From: Planctomycetota bacterium | GTDB taxonomy: Bacteria > Planctomycetota > UBA8108 > SXIK01 | NCBI GenBank assembly: GCA_965223265.1 | Contig: OZ244999.1 | Span: 8,192,001-8,256,000, forward strand | Length of the DNA: 64,000 bases | Direction: 5' to 3' | Shown here: piece by piece, positions 63,410-64,000 of the stretch | How the letters are laid out: every line of letters begins with the position of its first letter | Numbering within the stretch: the stretch's first letter is position 1 | Translations under genes and position numbers: made by a program | Notes under the pieces: generated by a model | What the model was told of the DNA's origin: nothing | The model's database searches: none | The model's input: the letters and a program-made list of their open reading frames with translations, nothing else

Positions 63410-64000
63410 ATGTCGTTAACACCATCGTCACGCGGGTGGGCGCGCACGCCTGTCCAGTCTTGCCTCGTCTTTGCAAAACTTGCCGTAGGCTTCATTGCCC
63501 TCGTGCTGGCGGGCGAGCTATTTCTCGCCGCTGCCTGCGGTGGACTCGACGCTGCGGGAGCGGCGGAGACCACTCCGACGGGCAAACGATGGGTCGACAT
63601 GAACTACGGGCCGTTTCTGACGGCGTCGATCGAAGCGCCACGCCCTGAGCGCAATATCGCGCAGAAGGGGCTGGCTATCCGCGTGGGCGGCACGACGATG
63701 CACGCCGCCGGCAGTGAAGATGCCGCGACGATGCTTTTCGACACCGACCTGCTGCGCTACTCGGTCGCGTGGAGTGGCGGTTTTCTTGAAATGAGCAACA
63801 TCGCCTGGGATGGCAGCCACGGCACGCATCCCCGTTTGCAAGGGGACGTGAGCTTCGTCCATCGCGTCGCACCGGGTTGGGCGCGTCCAGGGACGCTCGA
63901 CGACTTTACGGATCCACGCACGCTACCGTACGGTCCGCTGCCACGGTCGTGGGCGCGTTTCGGTGGGCTTTACGTTCACGGCAGCAAGGTTGTTGTTGAG
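63410..64000 (+). CDS. DUF6797-like secreted protein, 3' end outside the window
   Basis: Hand-translated: signal-like N-terminus, WVDMNYGPFL, KGLAIRVG, FDTDLLRYSVAWSGGF, YGPLPRSWARFGGLYVHG; open to the window end. Confidence 0.7.
   Translation, partial: MSLTPSSRGWARTPVQSCLVFAKLAVGFIALVLAGELFLAAACGGLDAAGAAETTPTGKRWVDMNYGPFLTASIEAPRPERNIAQKGLAIRVGGTTMHAAGSEDAATMLFDTDLLRYSVAWSGGFLEMSNIAWDGSHGTHPRLQGDVSFVHRVAPGWARPGTLDDFTDPRTLPYGPLPRSWARFGGLYVHGSKVVVE

Overview
High-GC bacterial window, most likely Planctomycetota, judging by the PSCyt/DUF1549-DUF1553 + DUF1501 pair, a DUF6797-like gene and many secreted proteins with dockerin-like C-termini. From left to right it holds: a truncated giant AsmA/DUF748-like gene with a coupled lipoprotein; a di-heme cytochrome divergent from an ECF sigma factor; the PSCyt/DUF1501 pair; HAD, PfpI, MoaD-like and BNR-propeller genes; a ten-gene Mrp Na+/H+ antiporter operon; two back-to-back MITE-like elements; DUF389; FG-GAP and M4/M36-like secreted proteins; a gluconolactonase; an XPB-Bax1-like helicase/nuclease pair; a tandem MITE triplet; a flavoprotein/SSS/dehydratase cluster; and an octaheme cytochrome. 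The most striking part is a minus-strand block (42.8-59.8 kb) with two ~1840-aa secreted FG-GAP proteins. Each carries a phospho-His + ATP-grasp dikinase module in glucan-water-dikinase domain order, and they sit beside a secreted CotH kinase and a LamG protein, all four with dockerin-like tails. This is a candidate extracytoplasmic phosphorylation system. The window ends with GntR, a PA14/penta-heme cytochrome and a truncated DUF6797-like gene. No rRNA, tRNA, CRISPR array or transposase was recognised. All family assignments come from motif reading by eye; no database search was run.
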